The notes beneath the pieces were generated by a model. It was not told where the DNA came from. It ran no database searches and worked only from the letters and a program-made list of their open reading frames with translations. Positions 39,656 through 51,853 of a DNA stretch of 64,000 bases are shown in pieces (positions within the stretch are counted from its first letter, which is position 1; each line of letters opens with the position of its first letter). The stretch comes from Phoronis australis (Eukaryota > Animalia > Phoronida): the NCBI GenBank assembly GCA_002633005.1, contig NMRA01000033.1:1505130-1569129 (forward strand), given 5' to 3'. The position numbers were made by a program, and so were the translations under genes.

Positions 39656-39874
39656 TTAAGTTTTTTTCAGGTCTTCGTTCACGATCTCAATGAATCCCTT
39701 GAGTTTCTCATATTCACCTTCAGTGAGACAGATTCCAGTCTTTGTCGGGAAAAGTACGCCCGGTCGAGCGTTGTCTTCGTCATAACGTCGAATGTGTACC
39801 ACTTTACGACCCTTGAAGTCCTGCACGGTTACAAATATGTTCCTGCCAAGTGGATGCATTTTAGTCTGTTCCAT
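39656..39874 (-). CDS. Intronless PC4/Sub1-fold ssDNA-binding protein (72 aa; possibly ~120 aa if an A7 run is corrected), in the Polinton-like fragment
   Basis: LGRNIFVTVQDFKGRKVVHIRRY...PTKTGICLTEGEYEKLK aligns with the PC4 core ([23 protein letters not shown]...PGRKGISLNPEQWSQLK). AAAATGG start context, TATAAAT at ~39933-39939 and AATAAA at ~39343-39348. Confidence 0.82.
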   Translation of the reverse strand: MEQTKMHPLGRNIFVTVQDFKGRKVVHIRRYDEDNARPGVLFPTKTGICLTEGEYEKLKGFIEIVNEDLKKT

Positions 39875-40260
39875 TTTGGTATGTTCCGTTCTGTGAAAAT
39901 ATCGTCGAATGATTTGAAACACGGAGTCGCTCAATTTATAGGCACTTACGTTGTAGACACGTTCGGGCAGGTTTGGGCAGGTCCAACACGCGACATCACT
40001 CGAAATTTAGTACGCAAATATTAACCAATCACGTGTTAGCATTTGAGATCACGTGAGTCTAATAGGTGTAGGCCGATAGGGTTACTTCAGACACGTTCGG
40101 GCACGTTTGGGCAGACCCGACAAACGAAAATTCTGGTTTCGCAATACCTAAATACTGACCAATCACGCGCTGTTATTTGCGATAAGAACCGGTTTAAACC
40201 GGTTTTTCGTTCGTGTATTTAANNNNNNNNNNNNNNNNNNNNNNNNNNNNNNNNNNNNNN

Positions 40261-42130
40261 ACTACCAGTGTGATCCGTGCTGTTTAGAAACTTGTAACAA
40301 GTGTTTCGACATTAAAGGCAACATGTCATACTTACTGACTGGTGTTTTGAACCAAATCCTATTTCCAGATTTGTTGTCAAAGATTCACTTCAAAACCCCC
40401 GCTTTCCGTTTACAATGCGCGCGCAATTTCCTCTTCTTCAACATCCGGGAAATAGTTAGGCGAATGTAACTGGCGATAACAGAGCCGTCAGAAAAGTGGT
40501 ATACAAACACGAGCTACGCATGCGCGCACCCAGCCTTCAATTAAGTTGGGGGGTCGTGGACCTTATCCTAACAGAACAGCGGGCAGAATAAAAAAAACGG
40601 GAGTAGTGGTCTTTTGTCCAGTTACCTCGGACTTTTTGTAGCTCGGAGGCGGACCTTTTTTAGCTTTCTTCGCCAAATCGGGGGGGGGGGCTCGAATGCT
40701 ACGTGGTAGTTCAAGTTACAAACGGTTTTAACTTGGCACTACAGAGGTAGATGCGGGTCATATAGTGCATTCTCTGGTAATAGTCGAAAATGTGGATCTC
40801 TGACGGCGGAGTAACTGAACTAGACCTATCTAATAATGACTCGGAATTGTCACGATTCACGATCCTTTCATTTCGGTCTCATGAATACAAATTCTTTGTA
40901 CTGAAGACCTCCCAATCCGGGTTCACTGCCTCAAGTCTATGGCATCATGAAATTAAGTGTGGGATCCAGCAGAGCGACTCGGTTTACGGCACACACCTCT
41001 GAGCTGTGCCTTTTTTTATTGTCGGAAACGACACTGCAATATGACTCGCTTGTGACAAGCGGTAAAAGACCGGGTGTGCGTTTGGCCGGGGCGGACCCGG
41101 TAGTGGTCATACCTAAGAAAAACGACTCGGGTGAGATTCGTTTGTGTTTGGACATGAGGCGCGCAAATGAGGGAGTTTGGCATGAACACGCGGGTATTCG
41201 TAGGAATACTATTGTTTGAAAAGGGCATCGGACCCTGACTGAATTAAAGCCATTCGGAATGCGAGGGAGCCGCAAAACGCGACAGTGAGGTAAGATCTTT
41301 TCTTGGTCCTAACTAATTCAGTTCTCGACTCGGTTTATACGAGATTTTGCCACGACCTCCGAACCATGATTAAGACGACTGACAAAAAGGGGACTGTTTT
41401 TAAATTTGGCCGTGAGCAGAAAAAGTCAAAGTTGAGACAGTCTGACGAGCGAGAGTACACTTGCTTATTACAACACGGATGCACCGACATCGCTGATGTA
41501 GTCGATCCTGTTGGACTTAGTGCTCTCCTGGTGCAAGAACAACGAGGCGTCAAAGTTTCCGTTTGCTACGCTATAGTCGAGCACTGTCTCAGGCTGATTG
41601 TGAGCGCCGATGCAGGTCAAAGCCGACGAAACTGGAAGATTCGAAAATTGTCGGAATTTCCAAGCTGTAGCTGGAGAACTGTGTATTGTCTGAAAAGTAA
41701 TTTTGAGGGGTACCTGAACTTTGATCCCACACGGCCAAGAAACCTCCTTGGGAGAAACCACCGGAATTGTAAGAAATATGAATTTGTCCTAGGTCACCGT
41801 GCCACTGGCCAGCATTACTTTTTCTGAGTAAATAACGATTTTTAACACGATTTGCATTACATGCCTTGTAAAATTTGCAAGTTGTCTCATCAATGATTTT
41901 AGAAGAACAAGTAATGAAATTTATAAAATCATAGGTCGAAAGTCATAAAACCACATATCGATCATTTGAAATCCGCCTTACATAACAAATATATGCATAC
42001 TTCTTGCCGTTATGGAATTGATATCTTGGTGAAGCTTATTACAGGCCCTTAGAAAGAACTGACAACGGTTCGTTGTTGCTCGAGACTGACCAGTCTCTAC
42101 AAGTTGACTTGTCACGGTGTGTCATTTCAA
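40261..42130. repeat. Copy 2 of the ~1.8-kb duplication containing the NCAPH promoter/exon 1 and Gypsy remnant
   Basis: Matches 37021-38827; begins immediately after an N-gap. Confidence 0.92.
40947..41620 (+). mobile_element. Degenerate Ty3/Gypsy LTR-retrotransposon pol remnant (RT and RNase H pieces)
   Basis: PVVVIPKKNDSGEIRLCLDMRRANE (RT N-terminal motif), FKFGREQKKS and DPVGLSALLVQEQ..VCYA (RNase H-like DASxxGLGAVL region); internally deleted. Confidence 0.78.
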
Positions 42131-43377
42131 GTCCCGAACATGGTCTCTAAAAATAACGAACTGTCACTTCGTTGCACTCACTTCTCTTTTCAATGCGGAG
42201 TCAGTTGAGACGAATTTTACAACTGCAAGTGGTCTAAACCAAATGTTCGTTTCTTGGGCAGATATCGGACTCAGTTTCGCCGCATTAGGCCTTGTGTACC
42301 TTCATTCTAATTTCGCGGTGCTAAATTGACAACCCAAGAAGGATAACGTGTTAAAAACACCCATATTACGAAAAACGAAATATAAACGTGATTGTAGGCG
42401 ATAAATTAACATTTCGGGTTCGCTGGGTTTGTTCTTGGGAGATGAGAAAGGGCGATAAAAAGCTATGACCACGACGACACGTGGCGCTGGTGTACGCAGA
42501 TTAATGGGTCGGCCTTTTGTCCAAAATAACGCCTTTTTAGAGTCAAAACTTCCTGGGGGTGGACGGTGCCACGCGTGTGGGCGCATAAACACATTTCTTC
42601 TCTTGACCTAAGAATTTGAAACCAGAGCAACGCGGAGAGGTGCCTGCATGATCCACCGAGTGCATAGCATGTAGCGCAGATACATGGGATCGTCATTATT
42701 TTAGACAATCTCTCTAACGCCGGCCTACCCATCCTTCATCAAGATTATTCACGCAGTTTCGATGATAGGGAGGTGGGCCAGGTGTGAAAAGTTGTGTCAA
42801 TTCCAAAAAGGCGAAGACACTTCAAGAACATCAGTCGTGCACGCAGTAAAAAGGTAGTATGAAAAAGTGTCCCACTTTGTTAAGCAAGGGTGTTTTTTTA
42901 TTTCAAAACACGTCAAAAATGATGCAAAAATTGACTTACCACTTTAAAGCAACATAAAAAATACATAACCTCAGTCCTACAATTTAAAATCATTAAAAAG
43001 CTCTGGCTATCAGTATGTGAAACCAACGAAAACCTTGTCGAAATCACCTTCACAATATCTCTTGAACAAAAATTGCAGCCTCGAACACATCAGAAATATC
43101 AAAACTTTTTAATCGGATGCCCGTTCCTTTTAAATCAATGAGGTAGCTTGCTACACCTAGTTTCAGATGAACAGTTTTCTCATTTGCAATCTCATTAAAC
43201 TATTGGATTCCAAAACAGAACTGAAGCACACACATGATTTCGATATGAACTGTTCCGGATTTTGATGATCATTTGCTGAGACAGTAATTTGCCTGTATGT
43301 CCTTTCAGCTCATACTTATACGAGTTGACATTTACATGTCAATCCAGTTTTCTTCTGTTCAGTGGGCAGCAACTTTG

Positions 43378-43932
43378 AGACCAATAATTCAGTTTCTCTT
43401 AGTCAAAATCCGTGTTCGGGATTCTAATTTACGTTGCTTTTGTAATAAAGTCCCAGAGACGCTGTCACACCTTTTTTGGGAATGTCGCCTTTTACAAGAT
43501 TTCTGGAAGGAATTCGGAAAGCTACTTCAAAAGTGTCTCATTTAGCTTCCCAACTGTCTCTCTTGCGAACTTGTTATTCTTGGACTTTATGAGACGCACG
43601 ATTATATATTTAACATTTTGCTCTTACTAACCAAGCAGCAGTACATTTACAAGGAGAGACGTCACAAAATATACCCAATTTTCACAAGTTTGCTGCGTAT
43701 ACTTATGAGTACTATAATGCTGAAAAATTAAATTCATATAAAAACTTTGTACATGACAGATTCTCTGCGAAATGGGAAAATCTCACGTTAACTCCATGTA
43801 GCAGTTGTTTACAGTATACGAGATACGAGAATGGTCTTTCCTGAGGTGTGCGTGCGTGAATGAATGGATGTACTTACTTGTTTGTTTGTTTTTTGTACTT
43901 GTTTATAAATGATAATAGACACCTAAAAATAA
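43378..43932 (+). mobile_element. 3' fragment of an L1/Tx1-type LINE (zf-RVT region)
   Basis: LVKIRVRDSNLRCFCNKVPETLSHLFWECRLLQDFW (CxxC..ETxxHLFWEC). This block is absent from the paralogous flank at 58890-58912. Confidence 0.75.
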
Positions 43933-44690
43933 TTCCGTTTCTCTAACTGAATTGTTTTCAATTCTACATATCATTGGTCATGGCTGCCAAGTCGTTTTCT
44001 TCTCTTCACTGGCAAGTGCTTGCAGTCTTCTTTTCCTGTTGCTCATTCGTTTCAATACACATAACCTAAATCATTGCTACCCTTAAACAAACCATTTTCT
44101 TCAAACAAGTAACTTACGTCAGTACCCCCACCTTCCTCGTCAGCCAACTCGAGTCAATTTCACAAACCTGATGTCACCTATTACAGCATATATTATATAC
44201 ACCAGGCAACAAATACAAGAAAATTACGTTTCAACAATAGATACATTTTAATTTAAACCAACTGTCACGCGATTAATTGGCTGCTAGTCCAAGAACGTGT
44301 TGAACATGGTTGCGATGAAGTCTTGCATTGTCGTCCATGTGTATGAAGCTTGCACTTGCGTGTGGTGCCAGTAGCGAACAGAAGTCGGATCACCATCAAT
44401 GTGCACGGAACCAGTGAGAAACCGACTTCTACAAATGATACCAACAATAGATACTCCCTCCATTGCGGTCATATGGTTAATCCGTGAACTTGGAATTGAG
44501 CTCACCCCTTCGCCGGACTTTCACGTTCAGTTATTACGACAGATGAAAAACAAGCAAAATCGTAAAAACGAGCAAAATCGTACTAACAAACCAAGTGAGT
44601 CGAAGATAAAAAATCACCCATTCCGGATTTCAAACAGTCACATATTGGTAAAACATTTCCTCGAGCAAAGAAATAGATAAGTTTACTGGT

Positions 44691-47600
44691 TTACGTGGCG
44701 TTGATGTACATTGCGAAAACGGCCATTAGCAAAATGGCGCCCCAAGTTGCCATTGGCGACGCAGCTGGGTTGCATTTGTCACCTGTACAATAACAAACTG
44801 TTCCGCCGATGCTGCCATATTTAGCTTCCTTGCAACCGTCCCACAGTATTGAGGTAGCACAGAAGCGATTCACAATTTCAGTTCCTGCAAAGTAAAAAGC
44901 AAGCTTTTGGACTGTTCAATTTTCACTTCACAGTAAGAGAAATATCACGGGTAGTAGTTGGTTTTTAACAAACCGCAAAGCTTAGTATTCCAGCAATGGT
45001 TGGTGTTCGCGCGTTAATTGACTCCACGGCGAGGATTAGGGCACTCAAATAGGTTATTGCTTGTGCTCAGTATGCCGGTTTCGATAAGCATTGTTTCAAG
45101 TTCCTAGTTTTATTACAAAATGTAAAAATTTACTGTCACTCAAATAGTGCCAAAAAATATCCAGATAAAAATAAAGAAACGTTATGATCGACATTTTCTT
45201 ACAAAGGACGGATACAAGAGGTTACAACAAATTGAATAAAAAATTATGCTTTAACATGTACGTCGTATGATCTCATCATGTTGCAACGGCGATGGACGTC
45301 AGCAGCTGTAGAATGTAGGTCAAGGTGCTGGGTCAAGATTCAGTTCACACAAGAATGTCACATGACTGTGAGCAGCGTTACCTCCTAGTAAAGCATCATT
45401 GCATCCAGCGCCATCTGTTTGTCGTAAAGGTTTTGGATGCCAAGCGGGTACCTTTTGCGCGCTTCACTCTTTGTTTATACTGTCTGCTGTTATTAATCAT
45501 GGCCACCAACGTGTTTATAGTGCATGGTTCAGTTCGTTAAATAGATACTATATAAGCTGAAACCACTCTCTTTTGCCTTAGTGTTTGATAGAACATAAAA
45601 TATTACAGACGTTTCAGTACTTGGTGAACCATCAGCTGCCGTGCCACCGTACGGCGGCCAGTCCGGTCTTCTGGACTGTTGTTGGCTAACGAGACACTGA
45701 ATGAAAAAGAAAATATCGCAAGAGAATAAAACCTAACATGTTTATCACCATGTATAATTCAAGCATACTTTAAAAATATAGTGGTTATATTTCAACCTAA
45801 TTAAAATTATGGTTGTTGAGTTGCCAAAATCTCGCCGGGCGGATCAGTGGCCGCATGAGGCCCGGTTTAGTCAGCCACCTTAAAAGCTGGCCGGGTGTGG
45901 TGGCAACCAGGCTCATGCTTCCCAAAGGATTGCAACATTGTAGGCTGCAAATTGTAAGATAAATTTCACCTCACACACTTAGGTTTAGTTTGGCACAAAC
46001 TTCTGACAGAAAAATACCCGACAGAATGGTTAATGTACGTCAACACTGGAGGAATTATGCAACAGCTAAAAGTGAATTATCAAAGCTCTTTATGCATTTT
46101 TGACAGAAAGGATTAATTTTGGCATGGTGAAATGATTTATTATATGAAGTTTATCGGGTGAACGTTCAAGTACTGACCAATAAGTTCGCTCAAAAACTAG
46201 ACGATTGAAGAGCAAAAATCGGTTTATTTGACCAACTTATATGTCGCCCTCACCTTGGTCACATTCATTGAATATTTTACCCCAGTGTAGGCCGAGCAAC
46301 CACAACAGCGTAGATTATTTGAACACTTTCATCTTAATTATATGTTATAAATAGTTATTACAAAAGGGGTTTTAAACATGGAATGAGGGACACAAAGAGT
46401 TCTTTTCCACACAAATTCGCCACTCCGTCAGGACTAGACATAGACTTTCTGCTTCATGAACTCTCGTGACCTGTGGCTACAGTCAACAACAGCAGGTCAA
46501 GGTGCTTTGTCACGATTCTCTGGCAGACAGTCTTATTTGAGATCCTTAGCGATAACATGACACGTGATTTATGAGAAGCGCCATCTGTTTGTCGTAAAGG
46601 TTTTGGATGAGCGGGTACCTTTTGCGTTAGGGTTTTTGGTTAACGTCTTTGGTTTGGCAAACTGTGTGCCGGTAACAAGTAGGCTATAAATAGCTGGTAT
46701 TATTCGTGCAATGTGTCCTTGAAGAAGCAGGTGACAGGATTACTTGCAGTAGTTCCCATGACAACTATTGTTGGATTAAAAAATAACAATACTGGCTTGA
46801 CGTACTAGTGTTTGGTTTTAGTTGTTCATTGATGCAAATCTAACCAGCTTGTATGTTGTTCTGTGTATGTGACCCTGCTTTTCATTGTCTAGTGTAGCCC
46901 CATTAACCAATGGTAGTTTATCTACTCAGTTAAAATGCGACCAAATCCGGTTTTGGCCTACTAAAAACGAATTTCCCCGTACAGTTCTCTGAAACGAAAT
47001 AATGCTCTAAAACCTCGACAACTCTCATTAGTTCGGAGGAAATTTTGAAAACTTTCAAAGACAGCTTCAAACGGGCAAGACCTAAGCTTTTAGCGAATTG
47101 CAGGGTACTGTGGGAAAAGACCAACCACTAAGGACGGTACTATCTAATTTGCGAAATAAGGGATATTAGCTTCATGATTGACGCATTGGTAGGTGACATA
47201 ACAGGATTGGTTGAAATCGTCAGTCAAAACAGGATTAAGTATCCCTTAAACGACCTGGAACATGCGCGCACCAAGCCTAAAATATAGGAGGGCTCGAATT
47301 TTTTCGATATGTGGACCTTTTACTGAAAGAATTCAACGAGAAATAAAAAAACGGACCAATAGGTTAGGCCCACGAACCGCGCCGACTTACCGTGGATTTT
47401 GTGGACTTTTGTCTCGTTTACTCGGACTTTTTGTTTCACTGAGGCGGACCTTTTTGCCCAATTCGGGGGCTCCTGTGAAATGACCCACTTAGTCATCTCA
47501 TAAGAGGACAATCTCAGCAATTTTGAGCTTGACAACCACCATGATCAATGGTTTTCAGTTGGGCGATTTTGATTTTTTGTTATTTGTCTCTAACATACCA

Positions 47601-50191
47601 TCAAAACTAGTTTTGGCCGGCTGACTACGAAAACTTAAAAAAAATTATTAAAATTCGTAGGCCTGTTGTCATTTGCGTGACCATAAACTGTCAGTCAGTT
47701 CAAAGACCAGATTTCCTTATTTCACCGATTTCACCACAAATGGAAAGGTACACTAAAAATGCGCGAATATGTACAACATAAGAAAGTAAAAGTGCTGACC
47801 GGCATAGACATCTAATGTCTATGGTGCTGACGAACGGCTAGATTCGTCCTAGCCACTGAGCACGTTATCAGAACCTAAAGGCAACAGAACACAGCTTATT
47901 CGGACCGACCGGTAGTTTGTTCACTGCGTCAAACTTAAGCAATTGATATTTTCATTACGATAGCCAAAATTAATTAAAAATTATAGAAGTCGGCCTACCT
48001 TTTATAATTCATAACAACTTGACAAACAATCCTGAAAAAGGTATCGTTCCCCTAAGTTAAATAAATGTCTGAACTTCTCATGGCCTCTGCGATAGGCACT
48101 ACTAGTCTTCACACTGTGAAAGTTTGGGGGTCATTTGAGGTTGTTTTTAAATTATTCCTCGGACAGTCGTAGACCAGATTGGATTCTGCTCACTGGTCGA
48201 GTCAAGTGCGAACCGCTTGTAAAACCAGCGAAGACCGCAGACGCTATGCGGCAGGCTCCAAATCTCTTGAATGAAGAGTAAGATACAGTTGCGTTGCAGA
48301 CTTACCGCCCGCCTCATGAATGAACTTCATACACCCAGACGTCCCCATGGGGTAGACGCACTTGATCACTTTTCCCACGCTGCTGCCACAGTTGGAGCAA
48401 GAGTAGCATTCGAGTGCGTCTGAAAATGTAGAGACGACAGTGCGCCACCATTGTCTACAATCTAAATTGCGCCACGCAGTGCACGATTTTTATGTCTACG
48501 GTATTGGCTACACTTTAATTAGTAAATATGAAACTGCACTTCAGACACTTGCTGCTTAGTAGTCGCCGCAAATAATTATTTTACGCCATAAAAACTATAT
48601 AACAAGAATTTACGCACGTGACGTTCACCCATTTGGCCAACAACGTTTTGCTTATTACGTAGCACTGAGCGTGAAATCATCAATATCACTATAAAAGCTC
48701 CATTTACGGTTACGGTACTGGTCGGATATGGCGGTCCCTTAATTATTTAGAGAACCAGATTCATCAACTAAGTAACGGGCCCGTTATTCAGTGAATGCCT
48801 GGTTCTCTAGTTCAGGGACCGCTATATCCGATCAGTGCACGCTGAATGCCTGGTTCTCTAATTCAGAGACCGCATCGCACCTCTTGCTAAGGTCTTAAAA
48901 CATTACGGCGTTCTCCCGTTGAGTCCAACTTGTTCGGTTGCATAGCACAAAAAGAAGTCGGGCAGATGACCACTGTAGCCAATACCTTACACGACTGATT
49001 AGGTCCATGCTGGCATTTATGGTTGGAGGGTCAGCTCTCTTTTGTGCGATAACTTCTCTATTCTGCGTAGGAATACGCATAATATAGGGTTCCATCGAGA
49101 CCGAGACGGCTCGCTGGTTGCGTGGCGCTATTGTTGGTAGAGACTATTCATTTGTTGGATATTGTTGATTTGGTGAAAGACAAGTCAGGTTATAAGTTTG
49201 TTATTCGTTACAGATTAGACCTGAAATACCTCCTGTTGTAACTTTGAAAGCTTACCCTCCAGAGGAGGCTTTGTGTATATACTGTGCTAAAGGAATATTT
49301 GAGTCGCACCCGCAGTCTCGGATTCGAGGGATTCAGTCATGGTTGTTGATTGTATATCAGCTGCCAAGCAATGTTCAGAGACAATTTCTACATGTATGGC
49401 CACAGCTGGGTGGCCATGTGCACCTAGGCTACATTTGCTCGGTTCTATGATTAACAGATTGGTGTTAGTATGTTGTTGAATAATGTGGCTAGGAATAAAT
49501 AATTATTGATTTGGTATATATATTGTCATTTCTGAATAAGCACAGTCAGTTGCTTTAAAGTCTCACGTGAGCGTATTATGCATATTCCTACGGAGAATTT
49601 TCAAACTTCACCAACCCTTCAATATGGCGGGCTCGAATTCCTAACGTTGTGGACCTTTTGGTANNNNNNNNNNNNNNNNNNNNNNNNNNNNNNNNNNNNN
49701 NNNNNNNNNNNNNNNNNNNNNNNNNNNNNNNNNNNNNNNNNNNNNNNNNNNNNNNNNNNNNNNNNNNNNNNNNNNNNNNNNNNNNNNNNNNNNNNNNNNN
49801 NNNNNNNNNNNNNNNNNNNNNNNNNNNNNNNNNNNNNNNNNNNNNNNNNNNNNNNNNNNNNNNNNNNNNNNNNNNNNNNNNNNNNNNNNNNNNNNNNNNN
49901 NNNNNNNNNNNNNNNNNNNNNNNNNNNNNNNNNNNNNNNNNNNNNNNNNNNNNNNNNNNNNNNNNNNNNNNNNNNNNNNNNNNNNNNNNNNNNNNNNNNN
50001 NNNNNNNNNNNNNNNNNNNNNNNNNNNNNNNNNNNNNNNNNNNNNNNNNNNNNNNNNNNNNNNNNNNNNNNNNNNNNNNNNNNNNNNNNNNNNNNNNNNG
50101 GCTAAAATCAAGATTCGAACTGGTTTCAGTTCATGTACTTACAGCCTGTTGTCACAGAGGTGATCAAAATCAAAACGGCGAGTATCTTCAT
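44691..50191 (-). CDS. Ly6/uPAR three-finger (quiver/sleepless-like) GPI-anchored protein, paralog A, 118 aa; exons 50191-50143, 48419-48306, 44884-44691
   Basis: Signal peptide MKILAVLILITSVTTGYA, then LECYSCSNC..C..GC..FC..GC..VCYCTGDKCN (10 Cys ending in CN) and a hydrophobic GPI-type tail. Both introns are phase-1 GT-AG, the typical Ly6 three-exon layout. Confidence 0.88.
48715..48875. repeat. Palindromic hairpin / MITE-like element in Ly6-A intron 1
   Basis: gtcggatatggcggtccc ... gggaccgctatatccgat inverted arms, plus a duplicated tgaatgcctggttctcta. Confidence 0.55.
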
Positions 50192-51051
50192 GTCAAGTTT
50201 GCCCTAGTGCTTGGATGCTGCAGCGCCAAACAGATTTGATAATGAGACCCTTCGTTTGCTTACAAATGTACTGGAAGAACTGTAGCCGAGCCCACTGTCA
50301 ATATTATTAAAGGTCAGTACCCTCTGACACAGCGCCACCTAGGAGGTCAGTCACGGTCAAAGCAGAGTGAGTCAATATGGGAATGCCTGACCTATTTACT
50401 AGCGGATGCTTTATCAAAGACTCCGTGCGTTCTTTGGGCCAGGTTTATTTTTGGATATTCCCGGTATCATGTTAATTTTTTTGATTTGCAGTGTGATTTC
50501 CGGTGCTCACTGAAAACAAAAGATGAATCACATAAAACAACACAACCGGCCCTTGCCATGGTCCAGCCGAGCCGGAGGCCGGACTGCCAGTGACTGTAAA
50601 ATTTTACGACTTTACGATGTAGACATTGGAGGAATTAGGCATCACCTAGGATCCAACCTCAGTCTACTGACAAGAAAAAAATCATTTGCCATCATTGAAG
50701 TGGCTCCCACTTGACACGCTTTAGTGAACTGGTACAACATCAATCTAGCATTTGAAAGTATCATTTCTTCGTCACTGACGCTTCACTGGTAAATGCACTC
50801 CACTTACGTAGCTGTAGCCAGACGTTATTTGACCCGTCTCACTGCAGTGCTGGCCTCAGCTGCCGCGCGCGCTCGTATTCTACGACAAGCTAAGTTGTTA
50901 GAGAACTCGATCAGGAATCTTTTAGTTCATAGGCGGATTTAGGGGGGGGGGGGGNTTGATTTTACTAACTAACCCTCGATAATTAACATGCAAGATGTTA
51001 CAATATGGACAGTTTTGTGTGTGCGGGGGGGGGGGCTGGCTCAGAGCCGAT

Positions 51052-51853
51052 TAGTAGTAGTAGTAATAATCTTTATTTAAAAGTCGGAGGGATTTAACAA
51101 TGAAACGTTAGCACGAGTGCTATTATCCGACAAATTTAAAATCTACAAAATGAAGATACAGAACTAAAATACTAGCTAATTCTACAGTACGGAGAATATA
51201 CAGAACTTAAACATAAATATAAATACAAAAGTATACATACATGTTACGGAGCGTGTAGGCATCCATATCAGTTTTCACAAGTGCAGATCTCAGAGAAAAA
51301 ATCAGAGCAAAAGTGGCAAATTCATTTAAGGCAGTACATTGTCTCATTACTGATTGCAATGAGTTCCACAGCAAAGTACCTTTATGGGAGATTGAGTTAC
51401 ATCCGTAAGTCATCGTATTAAAGCGCTTCACATAGAGACAGTTTTCACCTCTGAGACCGTATCCAGACTCTCTAAATTCAAGCTTTCCTGGCAAAGGACA
51501 GGGTCCAATAATATGAACATATTTGAATACTTCAATAGATAGACATTTCATCCGCCAACTAGTTAGAGAGCAGCTCCTAGCCTTATCTAAGAGTTGTGAG
51601 TAGCTGGACTCGCTGTCATTGAACACAAATTTTAAAGCACAGTGTTGTATCTTTTCCATTTTCCTACTTTTCTGTATTCCACATAGGTGCCAAATGAGGG
51701 GGCAGTGATTAAAATAGGATCTTATAAATGCATAATATAACTTAAGCTTACTGTTAATGCCTAAAACATTTTGAAGACGGAACAAGGCATTCATTTGTCT
51801 AGAAGCTTTTTTGCAAATAACATCAACGTGTTCATGGAATTGATTGTGAGACC
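51052..51853 (-). mobile_element. 5'-truncated L2/CR1-group LINE (ORF2 C-terminus, 3' UTR and tail)
   Basis: HVDVICKKASRQMNALFRL..KLKLYYAFIRSYFNHCPLIWH..MEKIQHCALKFVF..SYSQLL..YGLRG..GTLLWNSL; ends on the minus strand with AATAAA and an (ATT/ACT)n tail at 51052-51076. Confidence 0.82.

Larger units (their letters stand above)
38829..40222 (-). mobile_element. Polinton/Maverick-like endogenous viral element fragment
   Basis: Compact intronless co-oriented PC4-like and ATPase genes, CpG-rich, bounded by a single n and an N-gap. No TIR, polymerase, integrase or capsid gene is visible. Confidence 0.8.

Noticed and set aside
39434-40024. 196-aa + strand ORF
   Set aside because: Antisense shadow of the PC4-like gene; no recognisable motif and a non-ATG start.
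37021-42130. LTR retrotransposon with 1.8-kb LTRs
   Set aside because: No TG..CA termini, PBS or TSD; the repeats contain host promoter and pol debris, and the interior is Polinton-like.
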